This document shows positions 1-7,958 of a stretch of DNA of 28,884 nt, in pieces. This DNA comes from Candidatus Limnocylindria bacterium. Its GTDB lineage: Bacteria > Chloroflexota > Limnocylindria > P2-11E. Made by a program: the position numbers and the translations under genes. Where the stretch lies: the NCBI GenBank assembly GCA_036375335.1, contig DASUSA010000101.1, positions 1-28,884 of the forward strand, given 5' to 3'. Position 1 is the stretch's first letter; every line of letters begins with the position of its first letter. Under the pieces are notes generated by a model, which was not told where the DNA came from, searched no databases, and saw only the letters and a list, made by a program, of their open reading frames with translations.

Positions 1-393
1 CTCGCCGAGGGCTCGTGGGGCAAGAACAACGACCATTCGACTTGGATCGCGCCCCAGACGAACTGGATGTGGGATGGGATCCGCAGCGCCGCATCGAAGG
101 TCCGCGCCCTCGCGGACGACCCGCCACGCGACGCGCTGCGCAAGCGGGCCGCCGACCACGCGCTCCGCGAGCTGCTGCTGCTCGAGTCGAGCGACTGGCC
201 GGTCCTCGTCACCACGGGCCAGGCCGGCGACTACGCCACCGAGCGCTTCCGCTCGCACGCCCAGCGTCTGCAGCGCTCGCTCGAGATCGCGGCGCACGGC
301 ACCGGCCAGGATGAGGTCGAGCTGCGCAGCCTCGAGCGGGCGGACAACCCGTTCCCCGGCGCGCGGATCGAGGACTTCGCGGAGATCAGCTAG
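1..393 (+). CDS. GH57 1,4-alpha-glucan branching enzyme (DUF1957-type), C-terminal part, 5'-truncated by the window
   Basis: Frame open from base 1: EGSWGKNNDHSTW...RELLLLESSDWPVLVTTG...YATERF...DNPFP, the typical C-terminal motifs of GH57 branching enzymes. Stop TAG 391-393. Confidence 0.85.
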   Translation, partial: LAEGSWGKNNDHSTWIAPQTNWMWDGIRSAASKVRALADDPPRDALRKRAADHALRELLLLESSDWPVLVTTGQAGDYATERFRSHAQRLQRSLEIAAHGTGQDEVELRSLERADNPFPGARIEDFAEIS

Positions 394-1120
394 CCGCGCA
401 CAGCGCGTCGAACCCGCTCGTCCAGGTGGCGCGCAGATCCGGGCCGATCGCGTAGGCCTCGTAGCCCTGCAGATCCTCGAGATAGTCGATCGCGCGCGCG
501 CCCATCGCGAACGCCGCGGTCGCCTGCACGTCGGCCTCGACGATGCTCGGTCCGACCACCGTCAGGCTCACGAGCTCGTCCGCTGGCGCGCCGGTGTGCG
601 GGTCGTAGATGTGGCCGCCCTTCTCGTACGTGCCGGATGTCGCGACCGCGAGATCGCCACCGAGCACGACCCGAACGACCGATCCGCGCTCGACCGGATG
701 GCGGATCCCGATGCGCCACGGCTCGCCGGCGTCGCTTTCGCCCCGGGTCCGAACGTCGCCGCCGGCATCGACGAAGTAGGCGCGATGCCCATGAGCATCC
801 AGGATCGCGCACGCGCGCTCGATCGCCCAGCCCTTCACGTAGCCCGACGGATCCAGCACCGCGCCACGCCACGCGCTGAAGAACCCGCCCGTCGCAGTTT
901 CGTGCCGCTCGCACCGCGCGAGCACGTCCTGCACCTCGGCGCTCGCGTCGTCGACCCGCAGGCGCCCGTCGTTGATTCGGGACACGGCGCTGTCCGGCGC
1001 GAACGGGCTGAATATCGCGTCGATGCGCCGGAGTTCGGCGAACGCCTCATCGGTGCCACGGTCGCCGTCGCGCACGTCGATGGTGATGGGCATGCCCATG
1101 ATCTCGTCGGTCCGGCGCAT
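386..1120 (-). CDS. apbE: FAD:protein FMN transferase (flavinyl transferase), no visible signal peptide
   Basis: IMGM N-terminal strand, DPSGYVKGWA, DAGGD, WRIGIRHP, AVATSG.YE.G.HI.DP and ADV.ATAAFAMG motifs. Adjacent to an FMN-binding protein gene. Confidence 0.92.
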   Translation of the reverse strand: MRRTDEIMGMPITIDVRDGDRGTDEAFAELRRIDAIFSPFAPDSAVSRINDGRLRVDDASAEVQDVLARCERHETATGGFFSAWRGAVLDPSGYVKGWAIERACAILDAHGHRAYFVDAGGDVRTRGESDAGEPWRIGIRHPVERGSVVRVVLGGDLAVATSGTYEKGGHIYDPHTGAPADELVSLTVVGPSIVEADVQATAAFAMGARAIDYLEDLQGYEAYAIGPDLRATWTSGFDALCAAS

Positions 1121-1122
1121 CG

Positions 1123-1596
1123 CTACTGGCCCGCCTGCTTCAGCGCGCTCGCGAGGGACTGGGCGTACGCGCGGCTCGTGTACGTCGCACCCGACACGAC
1201 ATCCACGCGGGCGGACTGCGCCTGGATCGCCTCGGAGCGGAGGATCGGCGCCGAGTACTGGCTGATGCGGGCCGATCGCGAACGGTCACTCGGCAGCTGA
1301 AGGGCCTGGACGTCGAGGATCTTGCCCCCTGACAACGCGATCTGGACCTGCACCGGCCCGAACAACGTCTCGACCGTCGGTCCCGTGAACGCCGTGCCGC
1401 CGCTCACGCCCCCGGTCGTGGCTGGAGTCGTCGTGCGGGCGGTCGGCTGCGGCGTGCGCTGCCCGGGTGCCGTCGTGACCCGCGGCGAGGGCACGGTCAC
1501 GACCGGGACGTCGATCGGCTCGGCCGTGACCTTAAACGTCACGAGCCAGTACACGCCGATGACGGTGGCCGCGAAGGCCGTGAGCGCGCGTCTCAT
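1123..1596 (-). CDS. Membrane-anchored/exported FMN-binding protein (flavinylation substrate)
   Basis: N-terminal hydrophobic segment, Pro/Thr-rich linker, FGPVQVQI, and DVVSGATYTS matching the (S/T)GA(S/T) flavinylation motif. TGATG overlap with the upstream gene. Confidence 0.9.
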   Translation of the reverse strand: MRRALTAFAATVIGVYWLVTFKVTAEPIDVPVVTVPSPRVTTAPGQRTPQPTARTTTPATTGGVSGGTAFTGPTVETLFGPVQVQIALSGGKILDVQALQLPSDRSRSARISQYSAPILRSEAIQAQSARVDVVSGATYTSRAYAQSLASALKQAGQ

Positions 1597-2963
1597 CAGA
1601 AGTCGAACGCCTCGGTGTGGATCCGGTCGGCCGCCATGCCGAGCGACCGGAGGGTATGGACCAGCTGCCGCGTCATGCCAAGCGGACCGCAGATGAACAC
1701 GTCGCGCTCGATCACGTCCGGCACCAGTTTGACCAGGTTCGCCTGCTGGAACCAGTCGGCGTGGATCCAGCCCTGCGGCCCGCGGTTGCTGATCAGGTAT
1801 TCGACCCGGACGCCGAAGCGCGATTCGAGCGAGTCGAACTCGCCGCGGAACGCGATGTCGCGCTGGCGGCGGCAGCGATAGAGGACGCAGACGTCCACTC
1901 CATCCCGCGCCAGCGACTCCGCGAGCGGCCGGATCGGCGCGATCCCGATGCCTCCGCCGACGAGCAGCGCCTTCGTGCTCCGGCAGGCCTCGCGTGTGAA
2001 CAGGCCGAACGGTCCCTCGACGATCACCGGTGTGCCCTGACGGAGCTGCGGAAGGGCGGCCGTGAAGTCGCCGATGCTCTTGGTGGTGAAGCGCAGGTGC
2101 CGGGCGCCGGGGCCGGATGAGAGCGAGAACGGATGCGCCTCGAACCAGCGCGTGCCGTCGAGGAACCGCCAGAGGAAGAACTGTCCCGCCTCGAACGGCA
2201 ATGCGGCGACGTCACGACCCGATACGTAGATCGAGATCGCCTCGTGCGCCTCGCGCTCGACACGTTCGACGCGGAACCGGTGCCGGTCGTATCGCATCAG
2301 CGGTCGCGCTACCCGGTAGTACACCAGCGCGACGGCGACGACGACGTACAGCGCCCACCAGTACGCGACCGAGAGCGGCGCGCGGATGAAGTCGACCCCG
2401 ACAGTCAGCTCGTGCGCGAACGCGAGCGCGATCGCAACGTACGAGTAGAGGTGGATGAAGTACCAGGTCTGGTACGACAGCCGCCGCCGTGCGGTGGACA
2501 TCGAGAGCCCGGCCACGGCGATCAATAGGAGTAGCGCGGCGATCGCCGGCACGAGGCCGTCGTAGTGGTCGATGAAGTCGCCCAGCTGCTGGAGGATGCC
2601 GTAGCCGTTGTCCATCGCGTAGGCGATCGTCTGCGCGACCGCGTGCGCCACGAGCAGCCACAGGATCAGGAACCCATTGCGGCGATGGAGGACGACCAGG
2701 CCCTCCATCCCGAACGCAGCGTCGAGCCACGGGATCCGCGCCATGAGCAGAAGCTCCCACAGCACGAGGTAGGTGCCGATGAGAGCGGTCACCCGACCGA
2801 TGACGTTGAGCGCATCGGCGCCCGTCTTCACGCCGTCGTGGCCGCTGCCGACCCACCAGAGGAGAAGGATGGCGGCCAGGTTCGCGTTGAAGACCGCCCA
2901 GAGAATGTCTCGGCCCGCTTGACCCGCGAAACGGCGCGCCGATACCGCGGTGGGCTGCTCCAC
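1596..2963 (-). CDS. Ferric-reductase-like transmembrane (di-heme b) + FAD/NAD(P)H-binding oxidoreductase
   Basis: Four TM His (LHRRNG, AHAVAQ, IHLYSY, AHELT), HPFSLSS, EGPFG, GGGIGIAP, CGP and terminal EAFDF. Start placed at GTG 2963 (GTG 2972 is an alternative). The ORF-track extension to 3350 overlaps rplY. Confidence 0.9.
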   Translation of the reverse strand: MEQPTAVSARRFAGQAGRDILWAVFNANLAAILLLWWVGSGHDGVKTGADALNVIGRVTALIGTYLVLWELLLMARIPWLDAAFGMEGLVVLHRRNGFLILWLLVAHAVAQTIAYAMDNGYGILQQLGDFIDHYDGLVPAIAALLLLIAVAGLSMSTARRRLSYQTWYFIHLYSYVAIALAFAHELTVGVDFIRAPLSVAYWWALYVVVAVALVYYRVARPLMRYDRHRFRVERVEREAHEAISIYVSGRDVAALPFEAGQFFLWRFLDGTRWFEAHPFSLSSGPGARHLRFTTKSIGDFTAALPQLRQGTPVIVEGPFGLFTREACRSTKALLVGGGIGIAPIRPLAESLARDGVDVCVLYRCRRQRDIAFRGEFDSLESRFGVRVEYLISNRGPQGWIHADWFQQANLVKLVPDVIERDVFICGPLGMTRQLVHTLRSLGMAADRIHTEAFDF

Positions 2964-2972
2964 TGCCGGCAC

Positions 2973-3000
2973 TACCCGGCCCGGAGCTGCCTCGTTTCGG
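2973..3000 (-). promoter_or_regulatory. Putative ECF-sigma promoter (CGAAAC-N17-GGTA), copy 1
   Basis: Minus strand CCGAAACgaGGCAGCtccGGgCCGGGTA, immediately after the rplY stop and 9 nt before GTG 2963. Near-identical to 17183-17210. Confidence 0.7.
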
Positions 3001-3783
3001 CTAGCCCTTCTTGCCCTTCGGGGCGGCCGCGGCCTTGGCCGCAGGCGCCGCTCCCTTGGCCGCGGGCGCGGCGCCCTTGGCGGCGGGAGCACCGGCGGCG
3101 GGCGCGCCGCCCGCGGCGGGCGCGGCGCCTGCCGCTGCCGGTGCGGAACCTTCGGCCGCCGGCTCGCCCTCGACAGCCTCGCCTTCGACAACGGCGGCCG
3201 GCTTCTCGACGACTTCCTCGGCGCGCGGCGCGACGGCCTTCGCCACGACCTGCTCGCCGTCATTGAGAATCTCGATCTTCGAGGCGTCGACGACGAGGTC
3301 GCGCACGTACAGGGTGTCCTCGATCTGCTCGATCTTCGCGAGGTCGACATCGATCTGGTGCGGGATGTCCTGCGGGAACGCCTCGATGCGTACCTCGCTC
3401 AGCGCGTGGACCATGACGCCGCCGTGGGTGCGAACGGCGGGGGACTCGCCGGTGAAGTGCAGCGGCACGATCGCGTGCGTCTTCTCGGTGAGCGAGACGC
3501 GCGCGAAGTCCACGTGCAGGAGTGAGCCACTCTTCGGCTCGCGCGAGACGTCGTGCACGAGCACCGCGACGTCGCCGCCATCAAGCCCGGTCAGCGACAG
3601 GAGCGTGGTCTGGCCCCAGCGGCGGTAGCCCTTCTGGAAGACGCTGGTGTCCGTCTCGACCGGCGTCGAATCCGCGTGGCCGCCGAAGATCACGGCGGGC
3701 AGGCGCCCTTCGCGGCGCAGCGCGCCGACCTTCTTGCCGAGCACGGTGCGCGGCCGGACCTCGAGCTTCGGTGCATCAGCCAA
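3001..3783 (-). CDS. rplY: 50S ribosomal protein L25/Ctc (long form)
   Basis: GKKVGALRREGRLPAVIFGG, LLHVDF, VPLHFTGESPAV and P.DIP..I.VD motifs. TTG start preceded by AGGGGAG. Confidence 0.95.
   Translation of the reverse strand: MADAPKLEVRPRTVLGKKVGALRREGRLPAVIFGGHADSTPVETDTSVFQKGYRRWGQTTLLSLTGLDGGDVAVLVHDVSREPKSGSLLHVDFARVSLTEKTHAIVPLHFTGESPAVRTHGGVMVHALSEVRIEAFPQDIPHQIDVDLAKIEQIEDTLYVRDLVVDASKIEILNDGEQVVAKAVAPRAEEVVEKPAAVVEGEAVEGEPAAEGSAPAAAGAAPAAGGAPAAGAPAAKGAAPAAKGAAPAAKAAAAPKGKKG
3004..3140 (-). repeat. Low-complexity Ala/Pro/Gly/Lys tandem repeats encoding the L25 C-terminal tail
   Basis: Translation AAAGAAPAAGGAPAAGAPAAKGAAPAAKGAAPAAKAAAAPKGKKG, with imperfect 6-7 aa (18-21 nt) units. 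Confidence 0.7.
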
Positions 3784-3827
3784 GTGGATTCGCTCCCCTG
3801 ATCGCGGTCTTGAGAGACTCGATTATC

Positions 3828-4487
3828 TCAGGGCGGGGTCGGGAGGTCCACCACGAGCCGGACAGGGCTCGCCAGCTGGCTCACCTTGGCGCAGGCCAGC
3901 CGTTCGAGGCCGAGGCCCCATGAGGTGACTCGCTCGAAGTCGTCGATGAGCTTCACCTCACGCACGAGTGGGAGACCCGGCCGGAGGTCGGTTTGGGTGA
4001 ACGTCTGCGTTCCGGTTGTCGGGTCGACGGTCGAGGCGTTGCTCAGGCGTAGCGAGAGGAACGCATTGCCGTCGACGGGCACCTGGCGTCCGCTTGTACC
4101 AACGAACTGGGTCGCGACCGCGAGCGACCAGGGCGGAAGCCCGTACGTTCCGACCGTCGAAGGGCCGAACTCGAAGACCACCCGGTCGAATCCCGGGTTG
4201 TGCGCAGCCCGGACCGCCGTGATCTGGGCCTGGAATGCCGCGCTCCCGCCACTCTGTGCGGGGCACGCCACCGGTGTGGCGCCCGGAGACGGGCTCGGGC
4301 CGACGGTGGCGGTCGGGCTAGGCGAGGGCGCGGGCGGAGGCGTCGTCGGCGACGCCACGGTCCGAGTCGGCGTCGGCGGGGCGGTCGTGAGCGCCGCGGA
4401 CGTCGTGGGCGGGGTCAGCGTGACAGGCGTGCAGGCGGCTCCGGCGATGAGGGCGGCTGCACACAACAGAAGAAAGCGGCCATTCAT
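3828..4487 (-). CDS. Lipoprotein with Pro/Thr/Ser linker and AMIN-like domain
   Basis: Signal MNGRFLLLCAAALIAGAAC (lipobox-like Cys), PT-rich linker, then AVRAAHNPGFDRVVFEF...DFERVTSWGLGL...RLVVDL, resembling actinobacterial AMIN-like domains. Confidence 0.7.
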   Translation of the reverse strand: MNGRFLLLCAAALIAGAACTPVTLTPPTTSAALTTAPPTPTRTVASPTTPPPAPSPSPTATVGPSPSPGATPVACPAQSGGSAAFQAQITAVRAAHNPGFDRVVFEFGPSTVGTYGLPPWSLAVATQFVGTSGRQVPVDGNAFLSLRLSNASTVDPTTGTQTFTQTDLRPGLPLVREVKLIDDFERVTSWGLGLERLACAKVSQLASPVRLVVDLPTPP

Positions 4488-4581
4488 GTCGGATCAGTCT
4501 GACCGAATCCACGCGGTGTGTCGATAATCCTAACAAGCACACCATCGATTTTGTACGCAGACCGTACGGCGACATGAAATT

Positions 4582-4590
4582 TGGTAGAAT
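4582..4590 (+). promoter_or_regulatory. Extended -10 element (TGnTAGAAT), probably leaderless GH57 transcript
   Basis: TGGTAGAAT in an AT-rich intergenic region, 8 nt before GTG 4599, with no Shine-Dalgarno sequence. Confidence 0.55.
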
Positions 4591-4598
4591 GCCTCCAA

Positions 4599-6770
4599 GT
4601 GGCCGATCGGCTGCGTTTGGCGCTGGTTTTTCACCAGCACCAGCCAGCGGGGAACTTCCCCCATGTCTTCGCTGACGTAGCCGAGCGCGCGTATGCGCCG
4701 CTCGTAGCTGCGCTCTATCGGCACCCCGAAGTAAAGGCGACCCTCCACTTTTCCGGCCCATTGCTGGACTGGCTCGAGGGCAACCGGCCCGACGTCATCG
4801 GCGACCTCGCCGACCTCGTCAAGCGCGGCCAGATCGAGCTCCTCTCCGGTGGCTACCACGAGCCGATCCTTGTCGGCGTCCCGCGACGCGACGCCGTCGG
4901 GCAGATCCGCGCGCTGACCGACCGGGTCGCAGCGATCTTCGGCCGGCGTCCGCTCGGCGCGTGGCTCACCGAGCGCGTCTGGGAGCCACACCTTCCCTCG
5001 ATCCTCGCCGAGGCCGGCGTCGCGTACACGATCCTCGACGAAGACCACTTTCTGCAGGCCGGTCTCCGCCGCGACGAGCTCGGCGAGTCGTTCATCACCG
5101 AGGATCAGGGCTTCCCGCTCGTTCTCTATCCGGCCAGCACGCGCCTGCGCTACCTCATCCCGTTCCGAGACGTCGGGCAGACGATGAAGGAGCTGCGCGA
5201 GCGTCAGGCCGCGGGCGCGAAGCTCGTCGTGTACGCCGACGACGGCGAAAAGTTCGGCGCGTGGCCCGGGACCTTCCAGCGCGTCCACAAGGACGGCTGG
5301 CTCGAGGACTTCTTCACCCAGATCGCGCAGGCCGACTTCATCGAGACCACGACGCTCGAGGACGCCTGGATCTTCCAGAAGCCGTCACGCCGGGTCTATC
5401 TGCCGGGTGGCACATACCACGAGATGGGTGAGTGGTCGCTCGAGGCGAGTGCGGCGCGGCGCTTCACGCAGGCCCGCAACGCCTTGAAGGACGATCTCGC
5501 GTCGCTCGTGGCGCTGCCGCCGTGGCGGAACTTCCTCGCGAAGTACCCGGAAGCGAACGCGCTGCACAAGCGGATGCTCATCGTGTCCGAGGAGCTCGCC
5601 CGCCGCAGCATCCTCGACGCGTCACCCGAGGTCCGGCAGGCCCAGCAGAACCTGTGGCGCGCGCAGACGAACGACGTCTACTGGCACGGCGTGTTTGGCG
5701 GGCTCTACCTGCCGCATCTTCGCGCCGACGCGTACGGCGCGCTGCTGCGCGCGGAACGGCTGCTCGCCGAGCGTCGCGTCGCGGCGGGCGAACAGCGCGA
5801 CTACGACGTCGACGGCCTCGACGAGTATCTGTTCCGCGGGAATGCGGGCGCGGTGTTCGTGCACGTCCACGGCGGCTCGATCATCGAGTGGGACATCTAC
5901 GCGTCGGCGACGAACCTCATCGACACGCTCGCCCGCCGCCCCGAGAACGAGCACGAGTTGCTGCGCCGCGCGGAGAAGGCCGGCAAGGTCAAGGTCGGAA
6001 AGGCCTCCGAGAAGGACTCGAAGTCGATCCATGAGGTGGTTCGCGCGAAGGAGCGCGGGCTCGTGAAGTTGCTCGAGTACGACGACGCGCGCCGCGCGTT
6101 CTTCCAGGACAGCTTCCGGGCCGGTCGCGCCGACCCGGTGAGCCTCCACGCGCTGCCGTACCAGCTCACGCCGCAGCGCGAGGCGCGCACGGTGAGCCTC
6201 ATCCTCGAGCCGCCGGCGAAGTCGCTCGCGAGCGTCCCGGGCTTCGGCATCCGCAAGGACATCCGGATCGCCGACGAGGGTCTGGCCGCGGGCGTGCGCT
6301 ACCGGCTCCGCAACGACGGCGAGGAGACGATCGAGCTCACCTTCACGAGCGCATCGAACGTCGCGTTCGTCGGCGAGGCGAATGCCGGCGACCTGATCAC
6401 CCTTGGCGCCAGGAAGACGACGCCGGGTAAGGCGCTCGAAGGCGTCCGGAACGTGACCGAGATCGCCGTCCATTCCGAGGCCCGCCACTTTGACATCACC
6501 TTCGCGGTCGACCCGCCGGCCGAGACGACTGTGCAGCCGATCTACGCGATCGCGAACTCCGAGGAGGGCTTCGAGCGGCTCTACGAGCAGACCGAGATCG
6601 CCTGCTCGTGGAACGTGACGATCGAGCCCGATTCCCACGTCGACCTGGAGATCCGGGCCACGGCCGTGGGGCAGCTTGTCGAGCCCGAATTGATCAAGCC
6701 TGCCGCGCGGCGCAGGCGGACGGCGCCCGCAGTGGCCTCCGCTGACACGGTGGCACGCGCTAAGCGGTAG
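4599..6770 (+). CDS. GH57 alpha-amylase / 4-alpha-glucanotransferase (DUF1925/DUF1926 architecture)
   Basis: FHQHQP.GN, LHFSGPLL, ELLSGGYHEPIL, WLTERVW (nucleophile Glu), DDGEKFG.WPGT (acid/base Asp), NF..KYPEAN.LHK and YWHGVFGGLYLPHLR. Start at GTG 4599 preferred over TTG 4581. Confidence 0.93.
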   Translation: MADRLRLALVFHQHQPAGNFPHVFADVAERAYAPLVAALYRHPEVKATLHFSGPLLDWLEGNRPDVIGDLADLVKRGQIELLSGGYHEPILVGVPRRDAVGQIRALTDRVAAIFGRRPLGAWLTERVWEPHLPSILAEAGVAYTILDEDHFLQAGLRRDELGESFITEDQGFPLVLYPASTRLRYLIPFRDVGQTMKELRERQAAGAKLVVYADDGEKFGAWPGTFQRVHKDGWLEDFFTQIAQADFIETTTLEDAWIFQKPSRRVYLPGGTYHEMGEWSLEASAARRFTQARNALKDDLASLVALPPWRNFLAKYPEANALHKRMLIVSEELARRSILDASPEVRQAQQNLWRAQTNDVYWHGVFGGLYLPHLRADAYGALLRAERLLAERRVAAGEQRDYDVDGLDEYLFRGNAGAVFVHVHGGSIIEWDIYASATNLIDTLARRPENEHELLRRAEKAGKVKVGKASEKDSKSIHEVVRAKERGLVKLLEYDDARRAFFQDSFRAGRADPVSLHALPYQLTPQREARTVSLILEPPAKSLASVPGFGIRKDIRIADEGLAAGVRYRLRNDGEETIELTFTSASNVAFVGEANAGDLITLGARKTTPGKALEGVRNVTEIAVHSEARHFDITFAVDPPAETTVQPIYAIANSEEGFERLYEQTEIACSWNVTIEPDSHVDLEIRATAVGQLVEPELIKPAARRRRTAPAVASADTVARAKR

Positions 6771-6779
6771 CTTCCTGCG

Positions 6780-7958
6780 ATGAGTGACGCGCCGTTCTGG
6801 TCCACCCCAGCGCCACAACCGCCGCCTCGCCGCGGCCTCAGCGTGGCCGCGATCGCGATCATGGCGCTCGTCGTTGGCGCGATCGGCGGCGGCGCGGCCG
6901 GCGGCTACGTCGCCGCGACGCGGCCGGGGCCGGCTGCAGAGGCCACCGCGACCGCCGCGACGAGCACCGCCGTGCCCGGCCCGCTCCCGACCGCTCCGCC
7001 GGTCATCGCGTCGGCCGGCGGCCCGAGCGACGTGGTTGGTGTCGTGAACGAGCTTCTGCCGACGGTCGTCACGGTCATCAACCGGCTTCCGAACGGCACG
7101 GCGCAGTCGAGCGGCTCGGGCTTCGTGATCGACGCGTCGAACGGCTACGTGGTCACGAACAACCACGTCGTCGAGGACGTGCGCGATACGAATCCCGGCG
7201 CGTCGTTCGACGTGATCTTTGCGGACAACCGCGTGGTCAAGGACGTGAAGCTCATCGGGCGCGACGACAAGACCGACGTCGCGATCCTGCAGGTGCCGGT
7301 GCAGAACCTGAAAGCGGCGAGCCTCGCCAACAGCGACGACGTCCCCGTGGGAGCGACGGTCGTCGCGATCGGAAGCGCGCTCGGCGAACTGCAGAACACG
7401 GTCACGACCGGGATCGTGTCCGCGAAGGGCCGCCGGGTGCCGGAGACGGATACGGTCACGCTCGAGGATCTCATCCAGACCGATGCCGCGATCAACGAGG
7501 GCAACTCGGGCGGGCCGCTCATCTGGGCGGCGACGAAGCAGGTCATCGGGATGAACACGCTGGTGAATCGCCAGGCCGGCGCGGAGGGTCTCGGATTCTC
7601 CATCGCGAGCAACACGGTTCGCGACATCGCGAACGAGCTGATCACGAACGGCAAGATCGATCGCGGCGCCATCGGCATCGCCTACAGCGTCCTCAGCCCG
7701 CGCCTCGCTGCCACGCTCTCCCTTCCCGCGCAGACCCAGGGAATCATCGTGACGCAGATCATCGCCGGCTCCGGCGCTGCGCAGGCCGGCCTGAAGGTGA
7801 ACGACGTCATCACGAAGATCAGCGAGCAGCAGATCGACGGCACGCATCCGATCAGCTCGATCCTGCTCCACACGCGACCGGGCGATAAGGTGAAGCTCAC
7901 GATCATCCGGGATGGGAAACAGCAGACCGTCGACCTCACCCTCGGCCGGCAGAGCTGA
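6780..7958 (+). CDS. htrA: HtrA/DegP-family (S1C) serine protease with N-terminal TM anchor and one PDZ domain
   Basis: TNNHVV (His), D.TDVA (Asp), IQTDAAINEGNSGGPL (Ser) and a C-terminal PDZ domain. Confidence 0.93.
   Translation: MSDAPFWSTPAPQPPPRRGLSVAAIAIMALVVGAIGGGAAGGYVAATRPGPAAEATATAATSTAVPGPLPTAPPVIASAGGPSDVVGVVNELLPTVVTVINRLPNGTAQSSGSGFVIDASNGYVVTNNHVVEDVRDTNPGASFDVIFADNRVVKDVKLIGRDDKTDVAILQVPVQNLKAASLANSDDVPVGATVVAIGSALGELQNTVTTGIVSAKGRRVPETDTVTLEDLIQTDAAINEGNSGGPLIWAATKQVIGMNTLVNRQAGAEGLGFSIASNTVRDIANELITNGKIDRGAIGIAYSVLSPRLAATLSLPAQTQGIIVTQIIAGSGAAQAGLKVNDVITKISEQQIDGTHPISSILLHTRPGDKVKLTIIRDGKQQTVDLTLGRQS

Noticed and set aside
2964-3350. 130-aa N-terminal extension of the ferric reductase ORF in the ORF track
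   Set aside because: It overlaps rplY out of frame, is low-complexity Arg/Pro, and the promoter motif lies inside it.
3818-4530. TCGAT(T/A)ATC at about 3819 and about 4521 as Fur-like boxes
   Set aside because: Only a single GATAAT hexamer each, with no 7-1-7 symmetry. Better explained as -10 elements.
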